From a virus (Duplodnaviria; Caudoviricetes): a DNA stretch of 35,449 nt. Each line of letters opens with the position of its first letter. The stretch's first letter is position 1. Positions 18,026 to 26,834 of this stretch are shown here, one piece after another. Location: the IMG/VR virus record IMGVR_UViG_3300029171_000165, positions 1 through 35,449 of that record; one strand, written 5' to 3'. The position numbers were made by a program, and so were the translations under genes. The notes under the pieces were generated by a model, which saw only the letters and a program-made list of their open reading frames with translations, did no database searches and was not told the origin of the DNA.

Positions 18026-18561
18026 GGAACTTTTTACGCATCGCCGAGGGAATAGAAACAATGCCTGTTTTGGCATCCCTTGCTGCGCGTCCAGACTTGT
18101 GGAACGCAAACCCTTTACGCACGGAATATCCTGACACCCCGCACTGCGAAGCCGACGACATCTGGCTACGCTTCAACGAAATGCCGGATGACCCTGCGGA
18201 CGTAATCAACGACATTCAAACGCACCCTTATCCCGCATGGCATGAATTGCCCGTCAAAGATATGGTGCTAAACCTTATGCGCGCAGTCGGTGGAACGCAA
18301 CTAGGCCGCGTCCTGATTACACGCCTTGCACCCGGAGCGCAGATTTACCCGCATAAGGACGAAGGTGCTCCTGCAACATTCTTTACCCGCTATCAGATAA
18401 TGCTGCAATGCAATCCCGGCGTCCAATTCAACTGCGGTGATGAAAGCGTATCGATGAAAAGCGGCGACGTGTGGTGGTTTGAAAATGGCGAAACGCATTC
18501 GGTCATCAACAACAGCAATGACGATAGGCTGGTTATAATCGCGGATATACGGACGTGCTGA
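18022..18561 (+). CDS. Aspartyl/asparaginyl beta-hydroxylase family 2OG-Fe(II) oxygenase
   Basis: LGRVLITRLAPGAQIYPHKD...GDVWWFEN..THSVINNS..DRLVIIADI (HxD...H...R); GTG 18022 in GTGA overlap with SD GGAGG. Confidence 0.85.
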   Translation: MRNFLRIAEGIETMPVLASLAARPDLWNANPLRTEYPDTPHCEADDIWLRFNEMPDDPADVINDIQTHPYPAWHELPVKDMVLNLMRAVGGTQLGRVLITRLAPGAQIYPHKDEGAPATFFTRYQIMLQCNPGVQFNCGDESVSMKSGDVWWFENGETHSVINNSNDDRLVIIADIRTC

Positions 18562-19013
18562 CGGCCCATATCGAAAGCCTCACCGAACGGTTAGAGGAAA
18601 TGAAGCCGTTCTTTCCCCTTCATTGGGAAGAACTTGCGCTTAACCAAAAACAAGTCCCGCTAGACCCGCAATACGACATCTACCTTGACCGTGACGCAGC
18701 GGGGCAGGTGTTGCTTGTGACGCTTCGCAATGCTGGCGAGATGGTGGGTTATTTTGTTGGATTCGTCGCGCCGGGTCTGCACTATCAAACATGCCTCACC
18801 CTAACGATGGATATTTTCTACGTATTGCCCGAACATCGCGGTTCGGGTGGTGGATTTGTATTATTCGCAGCGGTTGAAAAGGAAGCCAAAAGGCGGGGAG
18901 TTGAACGTATGTTTGTCGGTAGCAAATGCCATAAGGATGCGTCATTCCTTTTTGAGAAATTGGGGTACGAAGAAGTGGAGCGATATTACAGCGCATATTG
19001 GGGTAAAAACTGA
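18555..19013 (+). CDS. GNAT-family acetyltransferase-fold protein
   Basis: DIFYVLPEHRGSGGG acetyl-CoA motif and LFEKLGY. Confidence 0.85.
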   Translation: MLTAHIESLTERLEEMKPFFPLHWEELALNQKQVPLDPQYDIYLDRDAAGQVLLVTLRNAGEMVGYFVGFVAPGLHYQTCLTLTMDIFYVLPEHRGSGGGFVLFAAVEKEAKRRGVERMFVGSKCHKDASFLFEKLGYEEVERYYSAYWGKN

Positions 19014-19651
19014 TGGCGTTTCTCAACCTTACTGGCCATCGCTTTGGACGACTGACTGTGACTGGCTTGTCGGAGCGTTCCAGTAGCAAGCGCACATATT
19101 GGAATTGCGTCTGTGATTGCGGCGGAAAGACCGAACCCCGCGCAGATGCCCTTCGCAATAAGGACGGCCCAGGTTCTGTTCGGTCTTGCGGTTGCCTTCA
19201 AAAAGAAAAAGCCGCCGCGTCTGGCAGGGCGTCACGCAGGCACGATTATTGTGGAACGCGAATTTATGATTCGTGGTGCCACATGATCGGCAGGTGCTAC
19301 AATCCCAAAAACGGGCGCTATGCGGATTATGGCGGGCGCGGTGTTACCGTCTGCGATAGGTGGCGTGAAAACTTTCTGAATTTCTTGGAAGATATGGGGG
19401 AAATGCCAGAAGGCATGACCATCGAACGCCAAGACAATGACTTGCCGTATAGCAAGGAAAATTGCGTGTGGGCGGACTACACGCAGCAAAATCGTAATCG
19501 GCGCAATTCGATTTACGTAGCAACCGAGATTGGGGCTTTCCCTTTACAGGAGTATGCAGAAATGAGGGGCTTAACTTACTATAAAGCCTTGCGTTTGGTT
19601 AATAACGGAGTTGTGCCATCGTGCCGTCCGTTTGCGGAGTCAAGACCATAG
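19013..19651 (+). CDS. HNH-type (His-Me finger) endonuclease, paralogue of 8393-9043
   Basis: NLTGHRFGRLTV, WNCVCDCG, SCGC, YGGRGVTVC, IERQDNDLPYSKENCVWA..QNRNRR. Confidence 0.85.
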   Translation: MAFLNLTGHRFGRLTVTGLSERSSSKRTYWNCVCDCGGKTEPRADALRNKDGPGSVRSCGCLQKEKAAASGRASRRHDYCGTRIYDSWCHMIGRCYNPKNGRYADYGGRGVTVCDRWRENFLNFLEDMGEMPEGMTIERQDNDLPYSKENCVWADYTQQNRNRRNSIYVATEIGAFPLQEYAEMRGLTYYKALRLVNNGVVPSCRPFAESRP

Positions 19652-20352
19652 TCGCGGTCGCCATCGTCGGTTCCGCCGTTGTCGGCGGGGCTGTGTCCAT
19701 GAACGCTTCCAAAAAGGCGCGCAAGGCTGCGAAGAACGCGCAGACGACAAACAACGCGCTAGAAGAACGCATCCGCGCCGACAACCAGGCTGCGTTGCAG
19801 CCCTACATCAACGCTGGCCTTGGGCCGACTGAGGCCATTGCCGCGCTGAACGGATTTGGCGGCGCAGACGCACAGGCAAAACAGCGCGCCGCGTTTGAGC
19901 AATTTCGCAGCAATACAGGCTACGCAGACCAGTTTGCAGAAGGCTCGCGGGCGGTCGATACGGCTTATGCCAGCAAAGGGCTACTGGATAGTGGCGCGGC
20001 GCGGAAGGCACAAATCCGCTACGGCACGATGCAGGCGGATAAATCATTCGGTGATTATTATTCGCGGCTGGTTGGACAGCAGCAGATCGGGAGCGGGGCA
20101 GCGGGTGCATTGACCGGAGTAAACAACACATTCGTCAACGGCGTGACTGGCAACAACAATGCCTATGCAGGCGCGGCAGGCAATGCGGCGCTTTCAAACG
20201 CGGCAAACATCAACGGCATCATCGGTGCTGGCTTGTCGGCATATTCCTACAACAAGGGCATGAGTTCGTCTTATGGCACGGCTAATGTGGGTGGCGGTTC
20301 AGCAAGCTATGCGCCAGCGCCTAATTTCAACAACTGGAATGGACGCTACTAA
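19621..20352 (+). CDS. DNA ejection/transfer protein (P22 gp7-like)
   Basis: Hydrophobic Gly/Ala N-terminus, then KKARKAAK, LQPYINAG, AYASKGLLDSGA. Start ambiguous (GTG 19621 or ATA 19648). Confidence 0.7.
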   Translation: MPSVCGVKTIVAVAIVGSAVVGGAVSMNASKKARKAAKNAQTTNNALEERIRADNQAALQPYINAGLGPTEAIAALNGFGGADAQAKQRAAFEQFRSNTGYADQFAEGSRAVDTAYASKGLLDSGAARKAQIRYGTMQADKSFGDYYSRLVGQQQIGSGAAGALTGVNNTFVNGVTGNNNAYAGAAGNAALSNAANINGIIGAGLSAYSYNKGMSSSYGTANVGGGSASYAPAPNFNNWNGRY

Positions 20353-21206
20353 TGGTAAATTGGGCGTTAAATCAAATCCCCGACTTCACGCAAGCCGCGT
20401 TAGCTGCGGAGGATGCAGGCCGTCGCCGTGGCCGTCAAAAGCGCACGGAAGGCGTGTTGGCAACATTCGGCCAAGACCCTGATGCTGCTATCGAACAGGC
20501 TTACGCTTTCGATCCCGAACTAGGCGATAAGCTATCATCGCGCCGCCGTGACAGGCAGGTGCAGGAACTTATCCCGCAAGTGATGGGCGGGGGGATGCCG
20601 CAGGGTATGCCACAAGATGGTGGTTTTCAGATGCCTGCACAGAACGGCGTCCAGTTGAACAGCGAAGCGTTGCAAAAACTATTCCTGATAGACCCCGAAA
20701 AGGCAAACCAGATTAGCGCGTTTGCATCGAAGGCGCGCAAGGAAGAACTTGACCGCGTGGGCGAGCATGGGAAACTGAAGGCTAAGGCAGCGTTTTATCT
20801 TTCCCGCTTTCCGGCAGGGGAAGAACGCCAGCGGGCATTCCAGCAAATGAAGCCGCAGCTTATGCAAAGCGGTTTTAGTGAGCAGGACTTGGCGGGTGCA
20901 CGGCTTGATGACCAATCGCTAAAGATGGACCAAGCTTTTGGAATGTCGGTTGCGGAACTGGCAGACGAAGCCCGGGTTAAGTGGGTGCCAGTCGGTGAGC
21001 GTGGCTTGGCTGCATTTGACGCGCAAGGCAATCCGGTCGGCGCTGACAATCCTTTCAATGCAGGCACACAAAACGCAGCAGGTGGCGACCTAGAAGCACA
21101 AGCGGCTGCGGCTATCGCGGCGGGTGCTGACCCTGTTGCTGTCCGCGCACGTATGCAGGAGTTAGGAGGTCAGGGCGCAAGCCCTGCCACCTTTCCGGGG
21201 CAGTAA
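20352..21206 (+). CDS. Putative internal virion/ejection protein (gp20-like position)
   Basis: 284 aa Gln/Ala-rich helical protein; TAATG coupling; synteny. Confidence 0.65.
   Translation: MVNWALNQIPDFTQAALAAEDAGRRRGRQKRTEGVLATFGQDPDAAIEQAYAFDPELGDKLSSRRRDRQVQELIPQVMGGGMPQGMPQDGGFQMPAQNGVQLNSEALQKLFLIDPEKANQISAFASKARKEELDRVGEHGKLKAKAAFYLSRFPAGEERQRAFQQMKPQLMQSGFSEQDLAGARLDDQSLKMDQAFGMSVAELADEARVKWVPVGERGLAAFDAQGNPVGADNPFNAGTQNAAGGDLEAQAAAAIAAGADPVAVRARMQELGGQGASPATFPGQ
21164..21197 (+). other. Candidate programmed +1 frameshift signal: AGGAGGT - CAGGGC GCAA GCCCTG - CCACC - TTT CCG
   Basis: Perfect SD with no canonical start at usual spacing; GNRA hairpin; in-frame TTT whose +1 codon TTC is in the transglycosylase frame. 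Confidence 0.55.
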
Positions 21207-21207
21207 G

Positions 21208-21573
21208 TTGGACGCGCTTACAGCAAGCGTTGAAAGCGGCAATCGTGATTATGCCAATGGCCGTGCTGTGACTTCGCCAAAGGGCGCAAAGTTTGCAATG
21301 CAGGTGATGCCTGAAACAGCGCGTGACCCCGGTTTTGGGCTACGCCCTGCTAACCCTAATAATGCAGCGGATATGAACCGCCTTGGCCGTGAATATCGCG
21401 CAGAAATGCAATCACGCTATGGTGGCGATTTACGCAAGATGTGGGCGGCATACAACGCGGGACCGGGCGCGGTTGACAAGGCCATAAAAGAGCATGGCTC
21501 AAACTGGCTTGCTAATATGCCTGCCGAAACGCGCAACTATGTCCGCAAACTTATATCAAAGGCACAACGATAA
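21208..21573 (+). CDS. Lytic transglycosylase (SLT) domain, possibly made as a frameshift fusion to the upstream protein
   Basis: VESGN, SPKGAKFAMQVMPETA, AAYNAGPG, ETRNYV. Only a TTG start with weak SD; frame is open back to 21166. Confidence 0.9.
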   Translation: MDALTASVESGNRDYANGRAVTSPKGAKFAMQVMPETARDPGFGLRPANPNNAADMNRLGREYRAEMQSRYGGDLRKMWAAYNAGPGAVDKAIKEHGSNWLANMPAETRNYVRKLISKAQR

Positions 21574-24482
21574 TGGGACCGTTTGACGACCTTATTCCCA
21601 CAGGAAAAGCCCCTGCACAGCGCGGATATATTCCGGGCATTGCGGACCCGTATAAAGCAAGCGAAGAAGCGCGCAAAATCGAGGAGGAGCGCAGGAAGGC
21701 CGCAAAGGAAGCCCGTGACGCTATTAAAGACGCTGCGTCTGATGAAAAAGATGCAATCATTATCGCTAAGGGAAAGAAGGAACTTGAAGATGGTGATGTT
21801 GCGACTGCTGTTGGTGAAGAACGGAAAGCTTCATCATTCTTACTGCGCGCTCTAGGCTCTAATGACAGTTACGAAGCGCAAGACATAGGGCCACGCTCAC
21901 TTGCCGGGCAGGCATTTTCAGACATTGCTCCTAATGCTCTTAATAGCCTTCCTTCATGGGCCGGAAATAGCCCCGAAAGACAAGTTGCGGATACGAACCA
22001 AGATGAATTTATAGCAGCATCGCTTCGGCAGGATTCGGGTGCGGCTATCCCGCCTGAAGAAATGACACGCCAGCGACGGATTTACTTCCCTATGCCCGGT
22101 GATGGTCCTGAAGTTATAGCGGCCAAAAAGCAAGCCCGATTGCGCGCCATTGAGGGTTTGAAGCAATCTTCTGGTAAACTTCTTGATGAAACCGAGAAGC
22201 GTTATCAGGCGATGAAAACAGACACGCAGCTTATGGCGCTTGGTATCACCATTGACCCCGCCCAAATGCAGGACGGCGTGATTATCAATCCTGCACCTAA
22301 CACCCCGAACATGACGGGTGGCGTTCCTACAGGCACAGACGTCCGGCTAGGTATTGAAGGTGATGCAGGCGGGTTTGACCGCACGGCGTATCTTGCCAAC
22401 ATCGGACTGGACCCGAACAAGGAAGCTACATTGATGGCTGGCCTTAACGCGATAACGGGCAACCCTGAATTAACCGCCGATGATATGATAAAGGTCTATG
22501 CGGACCTTGGCGCGCCTTTGCCTAATGCAGCAGATTTTCAGCAGCAACTTGAATATGCCCGCAAGGGCTATCGCTTTGGTCCGGTCGATAGTTCAGTTGC
22601 GGAAGCCGACTATAATAAACAGGTGGCAGATGAAGCCGCTGCGATGGATGCTGGACTAGGTGAGGCTGGTTTAAGCGAATTGTCACAGCAAGGCATGATG
22701 ATTGGTCTTGGCGATGAGGCGGCGGGCGTCGGTCGCGGGCTTTCAAGGCTCCTACAGGGCGAAAACCCTATCGAGGGTTACAGACTAGGCCGCGATGCCC
22801 AAAGGCTGCGTCTGGACCAAGCGCGGGAGCGTGAAGGCGTATTGGGAACGGCTGCTGAAATAGCGGGCGGGGGTGCATCGTTTGGCACGGCTGCCTTAAC
22901 ATCGACCGTCCCACAAACAACGCGCCAGTTAGTCAATTCCGGTGCGCTGCAAGGTGCTTTGTCTGGCTTTGGCTATGGCGAAGGCGCAGGCGGTAGTGCT
23001 GTTGGAACGGTGGCCGGTGCCGCATTAGGCGCGGGCGCTACGTTTGGCCTGACCAAAGGCGCGCAGCTTGTCGGCTCGCGTATCGGTCGCAAGGCAACTG
23101 CTGAGGCGGTTGATACTGCGCGGGCGGCTAATGAGGAAGGTTTAGTCCTGCCCCGTGCGATACTTGACCCCAAGGCCGGTGTAAGGGCTACTGCGCTCGA
23201 TAGCACTATGGCAGGCCGTCCGGTTATCGACAGGACCATGAAGGGCGTTGCTGACGCTGTGGCAGGCCGTGCGGGCAATCTATCGGCGGGTAATGTTATT
23301 CCTGATGGCGAAAACGTGGGCAATCTTGTTCGCACCGCTGCGGAACGGTCAATCAAAGACAGCGGAAAAGCCGCTACCCGTGCTTACGACAAGGCTGAAA
23401 ACCTAGCAGGTAACGCCAAGGTCGCACCTACCAATGCGCTTGCTTCTATCAAGGGTGCTATTGGAGATTTGACGGAAACGGCAGGATTAAACAGCCCTGA
23501 AATAAACTTTCTGAAAACGCTGGAAACGGACTTTTCAAAAGACTTGTCGGTAGGTGCATTGCGCCGCGCTCGCACAAAGATGCGTAAGCTTATCAGTAAA
23601 GGCGAGTTGACCTTTGGCGAAAGCGAAGCGCGGGTTTTGGGCATCATGGACGCTGCGGCAGATGATATTCGTGCAGGGCTTTCATCGCAGGGTAAAGCAG
23701 ATGCAGCCCGTGCGTTTGACGTTGCTGACAAGGGCTACCGTGAGCGGATGGACTTTATCAACGGCACTTTGCAGAAACTTATCGGGCGCAGGCAGGATAA
23801 TCTTGCAGGCGAAACTATTGCCAGAAAACTAACCGCCATGCGCGGCAAGGGTGGCGACGCGGAAGGGCTTCGCAAATTCTTTAATACGCTTGCACCGAAT
23901 GAAAAGGCGGACATTGCTGCGACCGTAGCCGATAGTTTGGGCAAGAATACGAAGGGCGAATTTTCGCTGGCCTATCTTGCAAAGAATATCGAAAACATAC
24001 CTGCCAGCACAAGGGCAACGATATTCGGCGCGGATGGTGCAAAATCACTGGCCAACCTGAAAACCATTGCAACGGCATTTGACAAGGTAAAGCGCAATAC
24101 CAGCAACACGGGCTTGGGCAATGACTGGCGTTCTATTCTAACAAGTGTTGGCGTCGGTGGTGGCGGCACGGCTGTCCTTGGCGGTGGGGTTAGTGGGACT
24201 GCCCTTGCGGCTGGCGTGGCTGCTGGTGGCGCAAAGCTTGGTCGTGACTATATTTCTGCCCGGATGGCAATGTCGCCCAAGTTTCAACGCTGGCTTTCAA
24301 AGGCAGTAATTGCACGGACACCTCAACAGATTGCAGACAGTATGCGTGGGCTAAACCGTATCGCGGCGACTGAGCCTGCTATCGGCGGCGAAGTAAACGC
24401 GTTGAGCAATTATCTATTGCAGGCGGCGAACGACACTGGACCTATGGCGGCGGCGGCAAATAGTGACCGGAAAGAACCTTGA
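21573..24482 (+). CDS. Large internal virion/DNA ejection protein (gp16-like)
   Basis: 969 aa Ala/Gly-rich; FDDLIP N-terminus, LRQDSGAAIP..YFPMPGD; Gly-rich hydrophobic segments. Confidence 0.7.
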   Translation: MGPFDDLIPTGKAPAQRGYIPGIADPYKASEEARKIEEERRKAAKEARDAIKDAASDEKDAIIIAKGKKELEDGDVATAVGEERKASSFLLRALGSNDSYEAQDIGPRSLAGQAFSDIAPNALNSLPSWAGNSPERQVADTNQDEFIAASLRQDSGAAIPPEEMTRQRRIYFPMPGDGPEVIAAKKQARLRAIEGLKQSSGKLLDETEKRYQAMKTDTQLMALGITIDPAQMQDGVIINPAPNTPNMTGGVPTGTDVRLGIEGDAGGFDRTAYLANIGLDPNKEATLMAGLNAITGNPELTADDMIKVYADLGAPLPNAADFQQQLEYARKGYRFGPVDSSVAEADYNKQVADEAAAMDAGLGEAGLSELSQQGMMIGLGDEAAGVGRGLSRLLQGENPIEGYRLGRDAQRLRLDQAREREGVLGTAAEIAGGGASFGTAALTSTVPQTTRQLVNSGALQGALSGFGYGEGAGGSAVGTVAGAALGAGATFGLTKGAQLVGSRIGRKATAEAVDTARAANEEGLVLPRAILDPKAGVRATALDSTMAGRPVIDRTMKGVADAVAGRAGNLSAGNVIPDGENVGNLVRTAAERSIKDSGKAATRAYDKAENLAGNAKVAPTNALASIKGAIGDLTETAGLNSPEINFLKTLETDFSKDLSVGALRRARTKMRKLISKGELTFGESEARVLGIMDAAADDIRAGLSSQGKADAARAFDVADKGYRERMDFINGTLQKLIGRRQDNLAGETIARKLTAMRGKGGDAEGLRKFFNTLAPNEKADIAATVADSLGKNTKGEFSLAYLAKNIENIPASTRATIFGADGAKSLANLKTIATAFDKVKRNTSNTGLGNDWRSILTSVGVGGGGTAVLGGGVSGTALAAGVAAGGAKLGRDYISARMAMSPKFQRWLSKAVIARTPQQIADSMRGLNRIAATEPAIGGEVNALSNYLLQAANDTGPMAAAANSDRKEP

Positions 24483-24543
24483 TGACCCAATCGAACTGCC
24501 AAAACAACAAGGGAACGCCGACAATCCAGCGCAGTTTTTTCAT
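24442..24543 (-). CDS. Possible small antisense membrane peptide, 33 aa (MKKLRWIVGVPLLFWQFDWVIKVLSGHYLPPPP)
   Basis: Basic N-terminus plus hydrophobic stretch; occupies the gap after the large ejection gene; no clear SD. Confidence 0.35.
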   Translation of the reverse strand: MKKLRWIVGVPLLFWQFDWVIKVLSGHYLPPPP

Positions 24544-24576
24544 GCGTTTATTTACCAACGGAAAGCACAATAAGCA

Positions 24577-26241
24577 ATGACCTACCTACCAATGCCTTTC
24601 GTTCCTGCGTTCAATACGCTTGGGGTTATTGCACCAGATGCAAACTTGAAGTTTTACCTGACAGAAACGACAACCCCTGCAAACGTATATTCCGACCCTG
24701 ACCTAAGCGTATCACTTGGCGCAGTTGTCAACGCCGATGCCTTTGGACGATTCGTCGCAATATATCTTGACCCGGCTGTGGTTTATCGTGTCCGGCTAGA
24801 AACTTCTTTGGGGGGACTTATTCAAGAGGCCGATGGCATAGGGGGCAATAATTTCGCAACCGACATATTCTTTTTGCAAGCCGGGCCCGGTGCAGACCTA
24901 AGAACAGTGCAATCAAGGCTGCGTGATTTTGTTAGCGTTATGGATTTCATCCCGCCTGCCCAAGAAGCGGCTATTCGCGCCGGAACCAGCACCTATGATT
25001 GCACCGCCGATATTCAGGCGGCAATTGATAGCATATCCGAAACTCTAGGCGGTTCGGGCGGCATCGTTTATTTCCCGATAGGGCTTTACAATATCACAGC
25101 GCCTATCGTTCAGGGTAATTGGGTTTCATTGCGCGGCGCTGGACGTGGCAGTCAGGTATGGGCAAAAACTGGCTTTAGCGGGACTGAAATGGTGACGGTT
25201 GTTGATGGCACATCAGCTATGTTCAGTATTTCAATTGAAGATATGTTTTTTGACGGAAAGAGTCGCGTCGATAATATCATAAATGCGTATGCTTGGCAGG
25301 AAAACGGCGGGATGCGTAGGTGCATCATGCAGGGCTTCAATGTCAACGGCGTTCTTATCCAGCGCGGCGACGGGGGCGCGGCATGGACGAAAATCGAAGA
25401 CTGCGAGATATTTGGCACAAGCACGACCGCTCAATATGGCATCCGGGTTGACCAAGTTTCCGCGGTCGGAAGCTTCATGCTTCACATTTCCGGCGCTACT
25501 ATTACCGGAGAAAGTGGGAATGTTCTTCCTGCTGCGATTTACTGCCGCAAGGACAGTTTGACCGTAGAGACGTTGCATGTTGAATATACCGATTATGCAA
25601 TGTTGATTGAGGGTGTGGGCAGCCACATTATTGATGGCGTAACAGGCGGCCCCGGCGTCGTAAGATTGTTGGCCGTTGATAGCGGTTTCACAGGCACAAT
25701 CGCAGCGCGTGGGCTTAACCCTAATACTGCAACCAGCTTTGTAGTGGAAAATCTTGTGACCGGCGAGAATGTCGCGGTGGCAGAAGGCGTAATCACTGAA
25801 TACACCTATCCGAATTACAACTTTGAAGCCGCATTGACCGCGCAGATTGCCAACGTCACCGGTAACGGCACAAGCTATACCGTTCTATTTCCGCAAACCC
25901 GCGACATCGGGGGGTGGTATAATCCGGCGACGGGCATTGCTACTGCACCGAAGTCAGGTAAATATGAGTTCAGCGCGTTTCTTGGGTTGAATGTAACAGC
26001 GGGCGTTACGTCCATGAACATTGCCTTAGTCACGACTGGCAAGACATTCATTCTGTTTCGTGGAACAACCGATGGCATACGAACAAGTGGTGGACTTGTC
26101 ACAATCGGAGGTTCAGTCACGGCTAATCTGGCGTTTGGCGAAACGGCGCGTATTGTCATAACTGCTACTGGCCTTGGTGCCGACACCATCGACATTGAAG
26201 CCAATGAAAGCATTTTCACTGGTGCGTATCTCTACCGATGA
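24577..26241 (+). CDS. Tailspike/receptor-binding protein with pectate-lyase-like beta-helix
   Basis: N-terminal particle-binding-like domain (FYLTETTTPANVYSD..ADAFGRF), RTVQSRLRDFVSVMDF, DCTADIQAAID, GGIVYFPIGLY; C1q-like C-terminus (YNPATG..TAPKSGKYEF..FTG). Confidence 0.85.
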   Translation: MTYLPMPFVPAFNTLGVIAPDANLKFYLTETTTPANVYSDPDLSVSLGAVVNADAFGRFVAIYLDPAVVYRVRLETSLGGLIQEADGIGGNNFATDIFFLQAGPGADLRTVQSRLRDFVSVMDFIPPAQEAAIRAGTSTYDCTADIQAAIDSISETLGGSGGIVYFPIGLYNITAPIVQGNWVSLRGAGRGSQVWAKTGFSGTEMVTVVDGTSAMFSISIEDMFFDGKSRVDNIINAYAWQENGGMRRCIMQGFNVNGVLIQRGDGGAAWTKIEDCEIFGTSTTAQYGIRVDQVSAVGSFMLHISGATITGESGNVLPAAIYCRKDSLTVETLHVEYTDYAMLIEGVGSHIIDGVTGGPGVVRLLAVDSGFTGTIAARGLNPNTATSFVVENLVTGENVAVAEGVITEYTYPNYNFEAALTAQIANVTGNGTSYTVLFPQTRDIGGWYNPATGIATAPKSGKYEFSAFLGLNVTAGVTSMNIALVTTGKTFILFRGTTDGIRTSGGLVTIGGSVTANLAFGETARIVITATGLGADTIDIEANESIFTGAYLYR

Positions 26242-26283
26242 CCGTTCAAGACATACTCGACCAGCAGAGAAAGGAGAAGTAAC

Positions 26284-26391
26284 ATGAAACCAGTATATAA
26301 AATCCCGGTAAGTCTTGAAATGAGCGGTGGCCAAAGCCCGCCACCCCCGGCTGAGCCTAGAAAGCCCAAACCGGCAAGGCCGACGAAATAA
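26284..26391 (+). CDS. Small Pro/Lys-rich peptide, 35 aa (MKPVYKIPVSLEMSGGQSPPPPAEPRKPKPARPTK)
   Basis: SD AAGGAG; TAA overlaps next ATG (TAATG); below track cutoff. Confidence 0.65.
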   Translation: MKPVYKIPVSLEMSGGQSPPPPAEPRKPKPARPTK

Positions 26392-26834
26392 TGTTCACGC
26401 CTTTGATGCTTCTATACATCGCGGCCATGTATTGCCTGAGAAAAGGCAGTCATGGCCGCGTGATCGACGCACTGGCGGCAAATTGGGCAGTCAATCAAAT
26501 CATCGTGATGAGCAACGCGGGTTATCCGGACTTGCCGTTGTTCATCGCGGTGGACTTTATCACAGGGCTTTATCTGGCCACTTGGGAAGGGGGCAAAGCC
26601 GCAAGGCGGGCGTCTTCTGTATTTATCGCCATGATAGCCATGAACGCGGCTGCATACGTCAACGGGAGTCCTGTTCCGGCGTGGCACCATAGCGCGTTGT
26701 TTGCGCTAGCATGGCTGCAATTAGGGGTGGTCGGGGCAATGGACGATGGAATTAGAAAAGCTTTGGATACTGCCCTTCGCGGCATTCGCCATCCAATATC
26801 TAGCGCGGTATATATTTTCAGGGGTCACAAATGA
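26391..26834 (+). CDS. Multi-pass membrane protein (about 4-5 TM)
   Basis: Several hydrophobic segments; coupled at both ends. Confidence 0.75.
   Translation: MFTPLMLLYIAAMYCLRKGSHGRVIDALAANWAVNQIIVMSNAGYPDLPLFIAVDFITGLYLATWEGGKAARRASSVFIAMIAMNAAAYVNGSPVPAWHHSALFALAWLQLGVVGAMDDGIRKALDTALRGIRHPISSAVYIFRGHK

Noticed and set aside
19013-19651. Group I intron interrupting the ejection gene
   Set aside because: The ORF fills the whole insert, no P/Q/R/S core is recognisable, and the restoring junction lacks the 5'-exon U.
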